This document shows positions 1 to 13,505 of a DNA stretch of 64,000 nucleotides, piece by piece. Source of the stretch: Epiperipatus broadwayi (lineage: Eukaryota > Animalia > Onychophora); assembly GCA_028023455.1 (NCBI GenBank), contig JAQFVV010000011.1:62001-126000 (forward strand). The letters are read 5' to 3'. Every line of letters begins with the position of its first letter. Position 1 is the first letter of the stretch. The notes under the pieces were generated by a model. The model saw only the letters and a list, made by a program, of their open reading frames with translations, ran no database searches and was not told the DNA's origin. Made by a program: the position numbers and the translations under genes.

Positions 1-561
1 TACTAAAGAAAAAAAAATCTGATTGAGCAAATTTATACTGTGAATTAATAATTATATTTATAAAGCGCATACTCGTTACTTAACGTAATATTTATTAAGG
101 CTAAAACCTTAAGAATATGCACCTGAAAAATGACAGTAGGGACCTCTGCAAATCTTTAACGCAAGATTTATTTTCTGCTGGGTCACTTGGGTATAAACTA
201 AAGAATTTTGGAATTTTAACAAGAAATTAAGACATTTTTATTTTTCAGATATTCCGGACTTTTCATATTTTAATGACAATAAAAATGCCTAATATTAAAA
301 GTAAAAATTATATAAATATATAATCATATCAGAGAACATTCGTATTCCAATATATTATTCAGAGTTATTTGTAAGCAGATGCATAACAAATCATTTTAAT
401 CCAGTTAGCAATGACCATTCATTCATTCTGATATCTGATAAAGCTAAATATTAGCTGTGATTTTAGTTCACAAATTAATCAACCCAGCTTAACATTTCAT
501 ATATATATAATTAAAAAATCATATAACATTAAATGCTCCCTAAAAGCAAATCCTAAAATTT

Positions 562-611
562 TCTCATGACCATGTTTTTGTCTATTAACAAATAGACTTT
601 GTCAAGTGAAA
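562..611 (-). ncRNA. Mirror copy of the U3:A8 hammerhead-like motif (decayed, G12A)
   Basis: Minus strand TTTCAC|TTGACAA|A|GTCTATT-TGTT-AATAGAC|AAAA|ACATGGT|C|ATGAGA. Confidence 0.5.
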
Positions 612-749
612 AATCAATTAGATGCAAAACATGCATATATAAAACATCAATAAGCTTATAATAAATCATTTCATAAGTTTTAATGAGATTGATGGCCATT
701 ATTTCTGTTCTATATATATATTTGCATGTGTATTTTCTATCTAGTTGAT

Positions 750-799
750 TTTCACTTGAGAAGGTCTATTTGTTAATAGATGAAACCATGATCATGAGA
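750..799 (+). ncRNA. Minimal type-I hammerhead-like motif, U3:A8 core variant (decayed)
   Basis: TTTCAC|TTGAGAA|G|GTCTATT-TGTT-AATAGAT|GAAA|CCATGAT|C|ATGAGA: stem I, core, 7-bp stem II, GAAA, near-palindromic stem III, NUH triplet. Confidence 0.55.
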
Positions 800-1280
800 G
801 AAATTTTTTTGGATAAATTTGTTTTTCATTAATTTTTAATGTTATATAATTTTTATTTTATTTATTAATCATACAAACATTTCTTATGCTTACATAATCT
901 TTTAAAACAGTACCATATTAGCTGTACATTTTGGATAGTTATAGAGATATTTTTTTATGAATTAGCACACCAACATGGAGGTTGATGTATAAGTACGAAA
1001 CCCAGATATCAAAAGTCCAAGTTAAAGTTCATTTTTGTTCGACAGGTTAAAGTAAAGAAGGGGAAGATTTTTTAAAAAGTATAAGTTCATTTTTGAATGC
1101 ATTTAGAAAAGTAATTATTGATTGCATAAATATAATTATTAAAAAAAAAAATTGACAAATTATTGCTAATAGTGAGAGAAAAAAGTATATATGTACATCA
1201 CAATGCATAATAAAAATTATTTCCTTTAATAATTAAAATTTAATATTAGCAGTATATAAATAAATGAAAATAAACATATA

Positions 1281-3327
1281 TGTAACATCCCCTAATATAA
1301 ATATATATAAGATCATTTTTCTTTTTAATTAAATACTATAGAAAGTTAAAATTAGGCAATAAAGCAATATCACCAAAGATATAACGTGGATGGCAAATGA
1401 AGGACTTTAAACTTTGAATAAATACTATGATGGAAAGTTAGACAGCACATATAATTTGGATATAGAGAGAAGTGAAAACAATCTAAGAAAGAAAATAGAG
1501 CAAGCATGTGTGTGATGATCAAAGATAAATAAATAGTAATATAGAATTATTATTGAAAGCAGAAATCTGAGCTTAATTTTATAGAATAAACAAGTTTTTT
1601 TTTATTGTTGAGTATTTTCTGGTATTGTCTAATATGGAAGCTGAGGAGTAAAGTCATAATTTAATATCTGAGGAGGTGATCTGAGAGAAGGATAGTCCCA
1701 TTACTTTTAAAAATCTCCCAAGTATTAAAAGAACAGACAACCCACAGAAGTACAAATGCTGATGAATATAATAATAGGAACGTTAAACAAAAATCAGCAA
1801 GATATGAAACAAAGCCAGTAGGCAATGATATAAAACATTAAACAAGAAATGATACAAAGTCAACAAGAAATCAAACAAAGAATAAATCAAAGTCAACAAG
1901 AAATAAAAGAGATGAAGCAAGAATTAATGGATAAGGCATATAAAACTCAGAATGCAATAAAAGCATTAAAAAAAGTAAGTAAAAATATTGAATAAGTAGA
2001 GCAAGAGGTTAAGGTAGTGAAAGAAAATGTTAATGAGATTAGAAAGTATAAGAATAGATAACATGAAGGAAGAAAAAATACAGGTGAAAGAAATGTTGGA
2101 GGACAATAAACAAATACAAGAAGCTAGCATCATTTAGTGAAGATGCAAAAAGAGGCTATAATGCTAAGGGAAGAAAAACTTCATAATAAAATTAGGCTTT
2201 GAATAGTTACTATGATGGAAACATTAGACAGCACACATAATCTGGATATAGAAATAAGTGAAAACAATCTAAGAAAAGAAATAGAACAAGCATGTGTGAA
2301 AATAAAAAGATGTCTTGTGCAAAGAACTATTGAAAGTGGGCATTATGAATCCAGGAGTGAAGAAAATAAAAAGTGCATGAGTATAATGTAAACTCCCAAA
2401 AATAAAGTAATAAGCAACAAGGGTAGAATAGGAGATAGGAAAACTAGCCAAATTATAATGAAAAACATTCAGATAAAGTCTTTCAGAGCTGATGTGGGGG
2501 AATATCCTTTGGACCACATTTAGAAAGTTTGCAAGAGATGTTCCAATTTCATAAATGGCTAGAGGATGAAAATATTGCAGTTGCTATAATCACTTCTATG
2601 GAGCAGCCAAAGATTGGTGGAATATCTTGAGAATAAAGCCCCAGTCTTTTGGAAATTATGAGCATGCAATTCTACACAGTTTCTGGAGAGGAGGAATGAC
2701 AAGATGGGCTCCTGCATAAGATCTCCCAAGAGAACTGGGAGAAGCCCATACACAATTTTTCTACCAGCAGATAGACTAATTAAGGTCACTGACTGCCTTT
2801 CCATTACTGAAAGGGAAGATAATTAGAACAATTCTTTATAATATGATGTCAATGGTACAGCAAATCATGCTAGGTCAAAAACAGTATAATACTGAGGAAA
2901 TGGCAGAATTGTTAACTATAATAGGAGCAAAAAGAATCCTGGAAAAATTTAAGATGCTAGATTCATCCAAATTGCATGCAGTGGGAATATAATGTTCAAA
3001 TGAAGAGGATCAGACTTATAAAGAAAAGTACGAGATAAAACAAACCCAAATAACTAAAGAAAGATGAATGAAAAATGGCTATCAGGAGCTTGTGCCACTA
3101 CCACAGAATAAAAGAATGACATCTTTTATAGAGAGAATTATACCAAAAAGTGAAAAGGCTAATAGATAGCCTAATAAATAAAATACAGTGACTTTCTTCT
3201 TGGATATATAGACTATTTTTTGTTATGTATTGTTTTATATACTAAATTTTGTATGTGTATTATTTTACTAAGCAAGTAAAACCTTTTTTTTTTTAATTGT
3301 TTTTTTTTTTAGGACTGTACTAATATG
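1281..3327 (+). mobile_element. Degraded LTR-retrotransposon (Gypsy-type) gag region
   Basis: Begins tgtaac; stop-riddled coiled-coil QEMIQSQQEIKQRINQSQQEIKEMKQEL (~1845-1930); gag-like FQS*CGGISFGPHLESLQEMFQFHKWLEDENIAVAIITSMEQP at 2481-2610; ~100-bp internal direct repeat 1412-1512/2197-2298. Boundaries uncertain. Confidence 0.45.
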
Positions 3328-6300
3328 AAGTGACATATATATATATATATTGTAATGATCATTAAATATATGTTGTAAAATCTGCATTACATATTTTATA
3401 ATTTAAAATAAATAAACAAATTATTAAGAAAAAGAGAAATGAAAAATAATTTGAAAAAAAGTAGATCTTGTAAAAATGAAATCAATAAAATAAAAAATTG
3501 CATCATTTTCTTTTAGGATAAAACTGTTTATTAAAAATACGGTGGGAAAAAAGAATCATGACAGATAAGGATTTAAAAACCGACTCTCTTTTGTTTATAA
3601 ATTAAATTTAAAAAAAGGGTAAATGTTAAAAGAATAAATAAATGTGAAATGTTTTAAAATAAAACTGACAATAGTATTAATTAATAAAAAGAAAAACCTT
3701 GTAAACTATCTCATCAGCAGCAAGGCGATAAGATAGTAGATGAATCTAAGAAAAATGATTAAACAAAAATGCAAAATTAATTAAACTAAATTAAAATTGT
3801 GATTAAAAAATAAACAATGAGAGAGTTAGGTATAAAAAAGGCAGCTTGTTCATTGTTTTCAGTTTCAGTTGAAGTTTCCAGATTGTTTTTCAAAAAATTT
3901 TCTCAAAATCAGTTAAGTTCATCAGTTGCTGAGTTCATCAAGTCATTCATCATTACTGAGGACATAGTTAACATGACCCTCAGTAAGCCAGTCCTTACTG
4001 CTGCAGAAAATATACATGTATAAGCCACATGCATTGCTAGAGAATCTTTGGAGTGTTCGGTTGGGCTCCTCGGCTCCATAAACTGCTCTCTCCTAGAATC
4101 AATGCCTCATATATAATATAGACACTGTCACATACTCTCTCTTTCCCATTGTCCATCAGAAGAATGGAAAAAAACCCATGAAACCATCACTGAAGATCAA
4201 ACAGCTAGCCATCCAGAAAATCAAACCAAAATGGAAATGTGTCATCTTGACATAATGAAAAACCTAGATAAATATACTTTTTCAATCGTAAACTGTTTAG
4301 ACATATATTTTTTTATGAAAAGAACTATAATGAAAAACAATCAGTAATATTGAATCTCTTAACAATTAATGTATACTTATTTATTCTTGTGTGTTAAATT
4401 GTAATGTTATATTTATTTAAATATGTGTGCATGTGAATAAATAAATGTTTGCTTAAAGTGTTGTTTGGTCTATACTCTCTCTCTCTTTTTACTGTGTCAC
4501 CAGTAATTTAAAGATTAGAACTATTTCCATGTGTTAATTAATACTGCACTGGATCATCTGATTAAGATTGAGAGTTAGCCTGGGTATATTTCAAGTACTG
4601 GGTTCATGTGCCTATTGTACGTGCATGTCAGTTATATATAATATATATGGCCAGATGGTGCTTGAGACTTGTTCTCAAAACAAATAAAGTGCTTTGGATG
4701 GCAGACATTGACCCAGCAGTATAGAGAGGAGTACTGTGGTAAGGAAAGATGGTCAGGGTTGTCCATTTGTTTAGCCTTGATCTGGCTACAGGTATCATTG
4801 ATGGTTAATCTATCAATATTCTACCCCTCTGCTTGAATGTGCAATCTGATGCTGAAGGTGTTAAACAAGAAAACTGATCATGTAAAGTAAATAATAAAAT
4901 TGTAGTAAATAACCATATGAGTAAAATAATAAAACATTAATAAATAATAATTTATAATAAAATTGATAAATATAAAAATATTTTTTAAACAATGGATGGT
5001 TACAAATAAACCACAAAAAGTTAATGTTGTGTATTGGATCATTACAATATATATATTATGTCTGTAACTTAAGAAATTGAAGGAAGGATTAATTTCAATA
5101 ATTTCAACAAATTTAATAAATAAAAATTAGGTATATAATTTATATGCATAGATAAATGAGTACAGTATGATTAATTAGAAGTTTATTTTAAAAGTAATTT
5201 AAATCAAAATATTTCTTTTGTTAACATTTGATATTTTATAATTATAAAGTGGACATGGCATTATCTTAGGAAATGTAATTAAAATTCTTATAAACAGATT
5301 GATTAATTAAGGAGATAAATATTTGATGTAATTTAATCTGGTAATCCCTTTCAAAGATAAAATTTTAAATATTGTGATTGGACAAAAAAGCTGCCAACCA
5401 AATTGGTATTCATGAGTTATCTCCCAACAATAGATCAATGAGTTAAAATGACAGATGATGGATCTGATTTTTCTGATAAGCTCAACTCCAGGAACTATAA
5501 ATAGGGGTTATAAATCATTGTAATTATTATTGATTACTGCTGAAGTATTATTGTTGAATGATTATCACTATATTGATTATTACTGATTGATTATTGCTAA
5601 AGTATTATTGTTGATATACTTTGATTGATTTTATTGCATTGATCTTTCTTGTGTGTTCAGTATACTTATTCTGCCTGGTGTTGAAAAATACAATGCAGGA
5701 GTAGAGAAGCCATCATCTGCTTCACTCCAGCCACCTGTAAGAATGCAGACTGAAAGTTCAAAGTAAAGTATGGAAAGGAGCCATCAGCTAATGTAAAAAT
5801 ATCTTAAGGAGCATTGTGTCCATTTTATGCCTAAACTTCAGGTTCTACTGTTTTGGAGAGAAACCATGCACCAACTACATCTAATGCTGCCTATAGAATT
5901 AGTAACAGTATGAGTAAAATCTATTGCCACTATTGCTATGGTTGAATAAATAAAGTTTTCTAAAAGTGTATCACTACCTGAAGTCCAAGTTCAAACTCTT
6001 AGTGGTGAAAGGGAATGGATATGAACTTTAAAATGTATTCTTATAGTATTAACATTAAGTATTTATCTCCATTATCCTGAAAGTATTTTATAAATTATCA
6101 ATATTATTGATTTTGTGAATCTGTTTATAAACTAATATGACTAGAGACTAATCTGTTATTTTATTTAATCATGCCACAATTCAGTCGGTGTAAATCTAAG
6201 AATAAATTTTTACATAAAGCAATTAGCATGTTTGCCATAAGCCTTGGCTATGCTTTAAAAGATGTCAAAATAATAATTTAATTGTAGCTTGATGAGCTCT

Positions 6301-7220
6301 TAATCAGATACAAATAGGCTGCATAGACAAATTAAATTAAGCTTGTTTTTTTATTATTATCTGTTAATAGTTTTAAGCAACTATCCTCCAGGTTTGGGGA
6401 AGGATAATTTAGGTGTATTGATATAAGGGAACTGCCGTAATTTTTTATCTCAGGCTGTTCTATTTATATATGAGATTTTTTTGTATGTATTTTATTTATT
6501 CAGAATAAATTATTGTGGTACTATTGCAATTACCAGTCACTTGCAATCATTATCTTATTTAGAGCAGTGTTATGTGGTAGATGGACATTCCTACCATATA
6601 TCATCTGCTTTCTTTTTGTACATATCTTGGATGATATTGTTTGCAACTGCCAGACCCTCTTACACTTAATACCTTTACAATAGTATGTGATGGATTTTAA
6701 TTCCTATTGTATAGCATTTTTCTAGCTCATATGTAATTTATTTATCCATAAATAATGTAACACAGATGTTGTATTCCTGCATCTTACTTTGCTTATATAA
6801 TATTTCATTATCTTATCTGCCATTACAGCCTGAAAGTATTTATGATAGTTCAGTTCTTTAAAGAGTTAATGAATTTAGACTAACCTCAGACTTTAGGTTT
6901 ATTAAATCTTAAAACTGTAATAATAAATAGTTGTGATCATTGGTTTATGCAGTAAGTTTAGATGTGTTCAGAAACAATCAAATTGTATTATATCGCATAT
7001 GATATGTGCAGAAACTTAATTATTGAATCCATAAATAACCAATCGTACTAACTTGCTTATTGACAGGGAGGTAATTAATGCTACTATATGAGTTATAGTA
7101 ATTTATATAAGTAAATATATTATAGTGTCTCATTATCTTTGGCATTTGTCAATATTTTGCAATCAGAAGTATATTCTCTTATTTTTCTCCTTCACTTTTT
7201 TTGCATATCTTCATATAATC

Positions 7221-7496
7221 ATATATTATTTATAATACTTCACTCATATACACTTTAATGCAATTAATTTTCTTAAAAACTTTTTTATTTTCTTACAGTT
7301 TCGACTGTCCAGCAGTCTTCTTCAGAGCTCCATCTTCCTTACAGTTTTTTTTTAAAATTAAAGTTAAAACAACTGTAAGGAAGATGGAGCTCTGAAGAAG
7401 AATGGTGGACAGTCGAAACTGTAAGAAAATAAAGAAGTTTTTAAGAAAATTAATTGCATTAAAGTGTATATGAGTGAAGTATTATAAATAATATAT
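7221..7496. repeat. Near-perfect fold-back (~126-bp arms, ~23-bp spacer) containing a hammerhead motif; PLE terminal-repeat-like
   Basis: 7221-7346 is the reverse complement of 7370-7496 with only a few mismatches. Confidence 0.9.
7292..7327 (-). ncRNA. Minimal type-I hammerhead-like motif (canonical C3:G8 core, extra A after A9)
   Basis: CT|CTGAAGA|A|GACTG-CTGGA-CAGTC|GAAAC-T-GTA|AG; the mirror copy at 7390-7425 (+) has two stem II mutations. Stem I is only 2 bp. Confidence 0.5.
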
Positions 7497-8423
7497 ATTT
7501 TGCAATCAATAAGTTAACTGGAGTATTCGTGTATCTAGCTGATCTTAGCAGGCTATAAAAAGAAAAGGTTGTATATTTTGTAACATCAGAAGTGGATGTT
7601 AGCTGTATATTTTTTTACAGTTATAAATATATAATATGCTGTAATTTTTAAAAAAATAATATCTCAGTTTACAGACAACCATTTTGAGTCTTATTTAGAA
7701 TGAGAAACACATTCCCTGAATCATGATTTATTAAATTAAAATCAAATGTAGGAAAAAAACACATTCTACATTTTAAAATGTATTTTTGATGCACTTTATA
7801 TTTTATTATCAAACTTTTATTTTTATAAATATCTAACAGTGCTGTTAATTTTTTTTTAAAACAATGCTTTGTGATTTTGTTTGCTTTATATAAATGTAGT
7901 CATAATTAAATAAAAATTAGATCAAGAAATGTAATGTATGCAAATAATTAAAAAAAATTGTTTTTTATGATATTGCTTTAGTATAGGAAGATGTACTTTT
8001 GGCTGGAGAAAATAAAAATTCTACAAATAAAAATAATAGAAATTAATTAAATAAAATTGTTTTTGATATAATGTGTGCATTTTAAAATTTCATTTTACTA
8101 CAGTTTTGCTGTTGTATATGACTGAAAGCTGTATTGAATAAAGGCTGTATTTTTTTGTTGATATTTTTTATATTCATTATAAAACCTGCTGTTATGATGG
8201 ATGTGTCAGAAATAGATTACAAGAATACTGAGTAATAATTAAATAATAAGTGATATATAAAGTTTATTATTAATTGCATAATGTATGATTTTTTATTATT
8301 ATAATAATTTAGATTTAAAATGACTGCATTTTTGCCTTGGGCGGAATTAGCAATTAAAAAAATTTTAGGCAGTGACTATATTTTAATTAAAGTTTATTAT
8401 TAGTGAACTTTGTTACTTTATAT

Positions 8424-8781
8424 CAGGGGTCCCCAACCTTTTTGCACTTAAGAGCACATTCTATAATACCGGCCAGGTGGCGGGCACTATTTATTTTTTC
8501 AATGTAAATTTATAGTTGGATATTGTTAATAATACACATAAAGTACCAAAAAATATTTATTTCAAAAATAAAATTTTAACTTACAATTAACGTTTGCCGT
8601 AAAAGTATAGTATTCCCTACAATTTGATTACAATATAATACAATAATTTATAAGAAATTTTAAAAATTAAATTTATTTGTATCAGATAAATAATTTTTTA
8701 TCATGTTTGGACAGCGGCGGTCACATGTAAAATGGTCTGCGGGCGCCATGGTGCCCGTGGGCATAGGGTTGAGGACCCCTG
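8424..8781. mobile_element. hAT (Charlie/Buster-type) MITE
   Basis: TIRs CAGGGGTCCCCAACC / GGTTGAGGACCCCTG; exact 8-bp TSD ctttatat at 8416-8423 and 8782-8789. Confidence 0.9.
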
Positions 8782-8789
8782 CTTTATAT

Positions 8790-9445
8790 CATGGGTGGAG
8801 AACCTCTGCCCTGGGGCAAACTTTGACCCTCAAAAGCTTTCAATAAGGTTCTAAATATTTTCAAAAATGTTTAAAACCTCTATTTAAACACATCTAATTC
8901 AAATATTGAATAAAAATTGACTAAAATAAAATATTTATTTTCTCAGCTACATCCAAGCTATCAGAGGTGCAACATTCCAGAAAATTATCTATTTTGTGTG
9001 ATCTATCTGACTACAGATTTAACCTACACTGCTGAGAGCATTTTGTTTGTTTTTGTAGTGATTTTCTCAGACTACATGTATATTTTTAAAAAAAATAAAA
9101 TTATAATTTTATTTCATTTTATTATTATTATTTTGCCTTTTTTTATTATTAGAATGGTCACATTAAGTAAGATAAAAAAAAATCACACAGAAAATTGAAT
9201 ACTTTAATAGAAATGAGAAACATCAGAACCATTTTCTGAAGGGGAGTTTATAAATGACTGCATCCTAAATGCTATACAATTAATCTGGCCAGAATATAAA
9301 AAGAAATTTGAGAATATAAATATGAATATGATGAGTAATTACATAGTAAATTGGAAAATTGGCATTAAATGTGGAACAGTCATTACATTTTTTAATTCAT
9401 AAAAAAGAGCCCTCACTTGCAAACTGAAAAGATTTTCCAACCCTA
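8790..9445 (+). mobile_element. Older hAT (Charlie/SPIN-like) internal-deletion derivative
   Basis: 5' end catgggtggagaacct; transposase remnant EPFSEGEFINDCILNAIQLIWPEYKKKFENI at 9226-9320 (KPFSDGEFIKEC-type motif); 3' end aagattttccaacccta. Confidence 0.65.
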
Positions 9446-9809
9446 ATGATTAGAGGTAAATTAATTTGTTTAATAAAATTTAGCAATCTAACGTTTAAGT
9501 TGATAATTTTGTATGGCTTTTGGCAGAAAAAGATTCCTGCCCTGATTTATATGATTAAAGTAAGTTTTGAGACTATTTATTGTAATGAACAAAATTTGTA
9601 TATATATATTTGCTTTCTTCTTCTTCTTCTTTTTTTTTTTGTTGAATATGTTGAAATCTTGTTTACCTTAGATGAGTTATAAATTAAGCTACAGATTGTC
9701 ATGGATAGTGGATGAAAATGAGGTAAATACAATAATTTAACTGTGTAACTCTGTAATTGTGCTTTATGCACATGTAATGAAGCTATATAGTGTAATAATT
9801 AATAATCTT

Positions 9810-10290
9810 AATTAATCATCTGAGCATTTTTGGGAAGTCTTAAGTTCCCATAATCATAGCTCGTTACCAATTGAGAAATGCTTGTAATAAAGCCTTATGT
9901 AAATTTATGAAATTTGACTATAGTGTCCATTTTTTGGAAATGCAGAAAAGCAAGCCTCTCTTCTGTTTGTAGCTGTGAGGTCGCTTAATATATAGCAGGT
10001 TTCTTTGACCTTGCATTTAGCATCATTTCTTTCAGTGCAGATAATCTTGGAAGTTGTTGATTGAGAGGCGTAGCCAGAAGTTCTTTCATGCTCAGCAAAT
10101 ATTGAGCCCCTTCTGTCTTACTTTTAATTCTGTTGTATAGATATCTATGCTATGCCACTCTAGTAGCAATATTAGTCTTAGTTTCTCTATAGTAGGTTGT
10201 GTGGCAATTAATAAATAAACTTTGTATTATACTGTATTTTTGACCTGAATATTGCTATGATAGCTTTTATGACATTATCTTTATAGACTT
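9810..10290 (-). mobile_element. Penelope-like element 3' fragment (GIY-YIG endonuclease remnant, family A)
   Basis: Frameshifted translation YYRETKTNIATRVA*HRYLYNR...SIFAEHERTSGY...ICTERNDAKCKVKETCYI...ATNRREACF aligns with the ORFs at 14159 and 46329. Confidence 0.8.
9818..9861 (-). ncRNA. PLE hammerhead-like motif with A3:U8 core (G12A decayed)
   Basis: AGCT|ATGATTA|T|GGGAA-CTTAAGAC-TTCCC|AAAA|ATGCT|C|AGAT. Confidence 0.6.
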
Positions 10291-12612
10291 TACTCTATGA
10301 AATCATCAGTCTTACAAAATAGCCACTATTAAAAACATGGTGGATGCTTTATAAAAAAAAACAGACTGTACCTGACTTATGGAAAAGCTATATATTTTTT
10401 AATTGGTTGCTTTAATAAGATTTTCTTAAGATTTAATGTAAATTAAACAAAACATTTTAATATTAAATAAATAAATGTGAGAAATTCACAATTGAAAAAT
10501 TGGAAAAATGTTTGAAACAAACCAGCCTGTTTAATACACTTCAGATATGTACCTGGCAAGATATTAATACATTTAGCTTTATTAATTTTAAATCTACTTG
10601 TTATATTTGATATGTGAATTTGACAGTATTATGGATAATTATAAAAATTATTAATGGCAGAATTACTTACTTCATATAAATATACCTCATAATAAAAATT
10701 ATGGATTATTAAATATAAAATGTAGAATTACTTCATTTGCATAAAATGCTCATAATATAAATTACAGTTTAGTTAGGCATAGTTATTTATTTATATAAAC
10801 AAATTTAAAGTTGCCTTTTTTTTTCAATTTTTAATTGTGAATTTGATAGTGTTACAGTCAAACATAATAGTTTTTTTCATTGGGTTTTCAATTTAACACA
10901 TGACAACTTTACGGACAAACATACATTCACGTGAAAATATGTGACAGCCTTATAGACAATTACACATTCACATGGATTTTATATATACTAAAAATGAATT
11001 TTAAAAAAATCATTATAGTGAATGGTTGATTTTTAATCAAAATAGTAAATACAAAATAATAATGAACACTATATGTAGAGAGAAAATGTATATTAATTAT
11101 ATTCAAATATATAATTATTTAATTGACAGTATCTATAATTATATGCAAATAAATTGAGTTTATGCAACCTCCAATAAGAGTATTGGAAATATTTAGTCAA
11201 TCCGCACAACTAACATCAGAAAACACTTATTTAAATTAAACAATTCTTGTTAGCTATTTAGATGAATACCAGATATTTAACAATAATTGTTTGATTCAAA
11301 ATACTGTACATCCTGTCCTCAGAGTGACAGTTTTTTTACTTGATTGTAGTGATCATAAGCTGTATATTATTAGCCTCATGATTGGCAAGTGACATCAATT
11401 CCATTTATTTATTTATATGTGCAGTATAATAAATAATCATAACTTTAAATATTTGTAATTGAAATGGAAGTAACTATCTCCTACTGAGTTATATAATCAC
11501 ATGATCACCCCTTCAATACGTATAGTGACTTTTGTTTAAAAAAATACCAAACTTATTATAAAAAAAACTACAAAAAAAACCACCTCTCTATTTAAATTAT
11601 ATATAAAAAACCACACTCAACATCTCAAATCTCTAGTTCAAAATGCTTGAGTCTGACTTATTTATATATAAATTTAAGCATAGAAGAAGGTGGGTCCCAT
11701 CTTCTTCTGATAGTTCTGGCTTTTGTGTTTAGAATTAAGAGTTTTACATGCAGTCATTGTTACATCTGATTGGCTGTCACATAAGCATTTTTAAAGCACA
11801 TCTGCCGAAGGTTTTAGCGTTTCACGTTATTACTATATAATTATGTTAGATTTAAGTAAAAGTTACAATATGGATAAATTCAATCTTAGTATTTTTATTT
11901 TACATTGATCCTTTAAAATCTGAATTTGTTATTTTCTACACTGAATTCTCATAAATAAATTTTTTAAAAAAACCTTTATTTTCTATAAAATAATGATATA
12001 TTTTTAAAATATTGTAATGGTAATAAATATTTTAGCAATAAATACTATTGTTAAAATATCTTAGTTTAAATTAAATAAAAAGATAACATATTTTAAATTT
12101 CAATTTAAAATTGTTTAAACTTTATCAGTTTTAAAAATATTGTTAATTTTATTATTATGTAGACAGCAAATTAATTATTCTAAAACTGGTGATCAATTTT
12201 CAATTTATTGATCAATAAAAAGTAATTGATTGGGTTTATTATGTAATGGTGTCTAGACGTCATGGTGTCTAGACGTATAAAAAGAAAAAAAAGAGGTGAA
12301 CTAATAGTAAGAGAGAGAAAAATGAGAAAAAGAAACAATAATAAGATGAACTGTTGTTTCAAGTAAAAGTTTGTAAAAACTTATAAAATGTAATATGTTT
12401 TATTTTTGTAAACAGTAAAATAAGTTAATCTTGCTAAAAAGGAAAATAATATATTTAATAGTAATTTAAAAGGATGGAGTATGTTTAAACTAAATTACTT
12501 TGTTTGAGATATTATTAAGTCTGAAACTTCAATTCACAATTAAAAATGCTATTGAAAAAAATTTGCAAGAACCTATTATTGTTAATAATTGGAAAAACCA
12601 TGAAGGCAAGGA

Positions 12613-12724
12613 TTTTTTTTTTCATATGTCATAGCATCAGCCGGGAGGCTAACCCACAACCGTCTGCAACCAACTACTTGCTTGCAAGGCAGCTGCGATG
12701 ACCTCTTGGCTAACAACGCTTGAC
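12613..12724 (-). mobile_element. tRNA-Gly-derived SINE, long-spacer subfamily
   Basis: tRNA-like head, tail gctatgacatatg-polyA, TSD ggcaaggatttt on both sides. Confidence 0.85.
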
Positions 12725-13244
12725 AAGGGCAAGGATTTTCAACTTCAATTAATTAAAAGATGCAAATTCTTTCTTGTAAGAAAATATGTTTTGTTTATCT
12801 CTGCTTTATTGATTAATTTAAATAATAACTTGATTATGAAGAGGAGCAAAAATAAATAAATGGTGATAATTTATATAAAGTAATTAAAGTAGTTTACTGA
12901 ACTTTAAAATAGTTTATGAATGGAGAAAGTCAACTAAAAATAATTGGTTTTAAAACTAAAGTAACTTGTATTACTCAAAGTAACTTTATAAAATTATAAA
13001 AAAGAATAAATGCTTGTTGTATATTTAATAATTAAGGAATATTAAGTAAATGAATATGACGATAAATGTTTACTCTAGATTATATTAAATAAAAGCTTCT
13101 TTCAAGAAAGAACATTTTGTTTAGCAAGTAAGATTATCTTATAGTATAAAATATTAAACTGATAAAAAGTTAGCAAGAAAAGTTATAATTTTTTATTATG
13201 ACAATTTTTGATAAAATAATATTTTACCAGATAATAAAATTAAG

Positions 13245-13505
13245 TCATCATCATCATCATCATTATCAACCATTATCAATCCACTGCAGGATGAAGGTCT
13301 CTCCAAGTTTAATCCATCTTCTCCGATCTTTAGCTTCTCTTCTCCACATCACCCCTGCACACTTTCTTATTTCATCCATCCATCTCACATGTGGTCTCTT
13401 TCTGGGTCTTTTATAATCTCTTGGAATCCAGTTTAAAATTTCAATTGTCCATCTATTATCATCTCTTCTAACAATATGTCCAGCCCAACTCCACTTCAAT
13501 CTTAT
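13245..13505 (-). mobile_element. RTE-clade LINE, 3' end
   Basis: ORF 13266-13499 KWSWAGHIVRRDDNRWTIEILNWIPRDYKRPRKRPHVRWMDEI is the typical RTE C-terminus; (TGA)n tail. Confidence 0.9.

Larger units (their letters stand above)
513..853. repeat. Imperfect fold-back (inverted repeat, arms ~513-690 and ~710-853); each arm carries a decayed hammerhead
   Basis: Left arm ...ttctcatgaccatgtttttgtctattaacaaatagactttgtcaagtgaaaaatcaa... is the near reverse complement of right arm ...ttgattttcacttgagaaggtctatttgttaatagatgaaaccatgatcatgagag... Confidence 0.85.

Noticed and set aside
5430-6010. LTR-like segment with ctataaatagggg
   Set aside because: No TG...CA ends, TSD, PBS or second copy found
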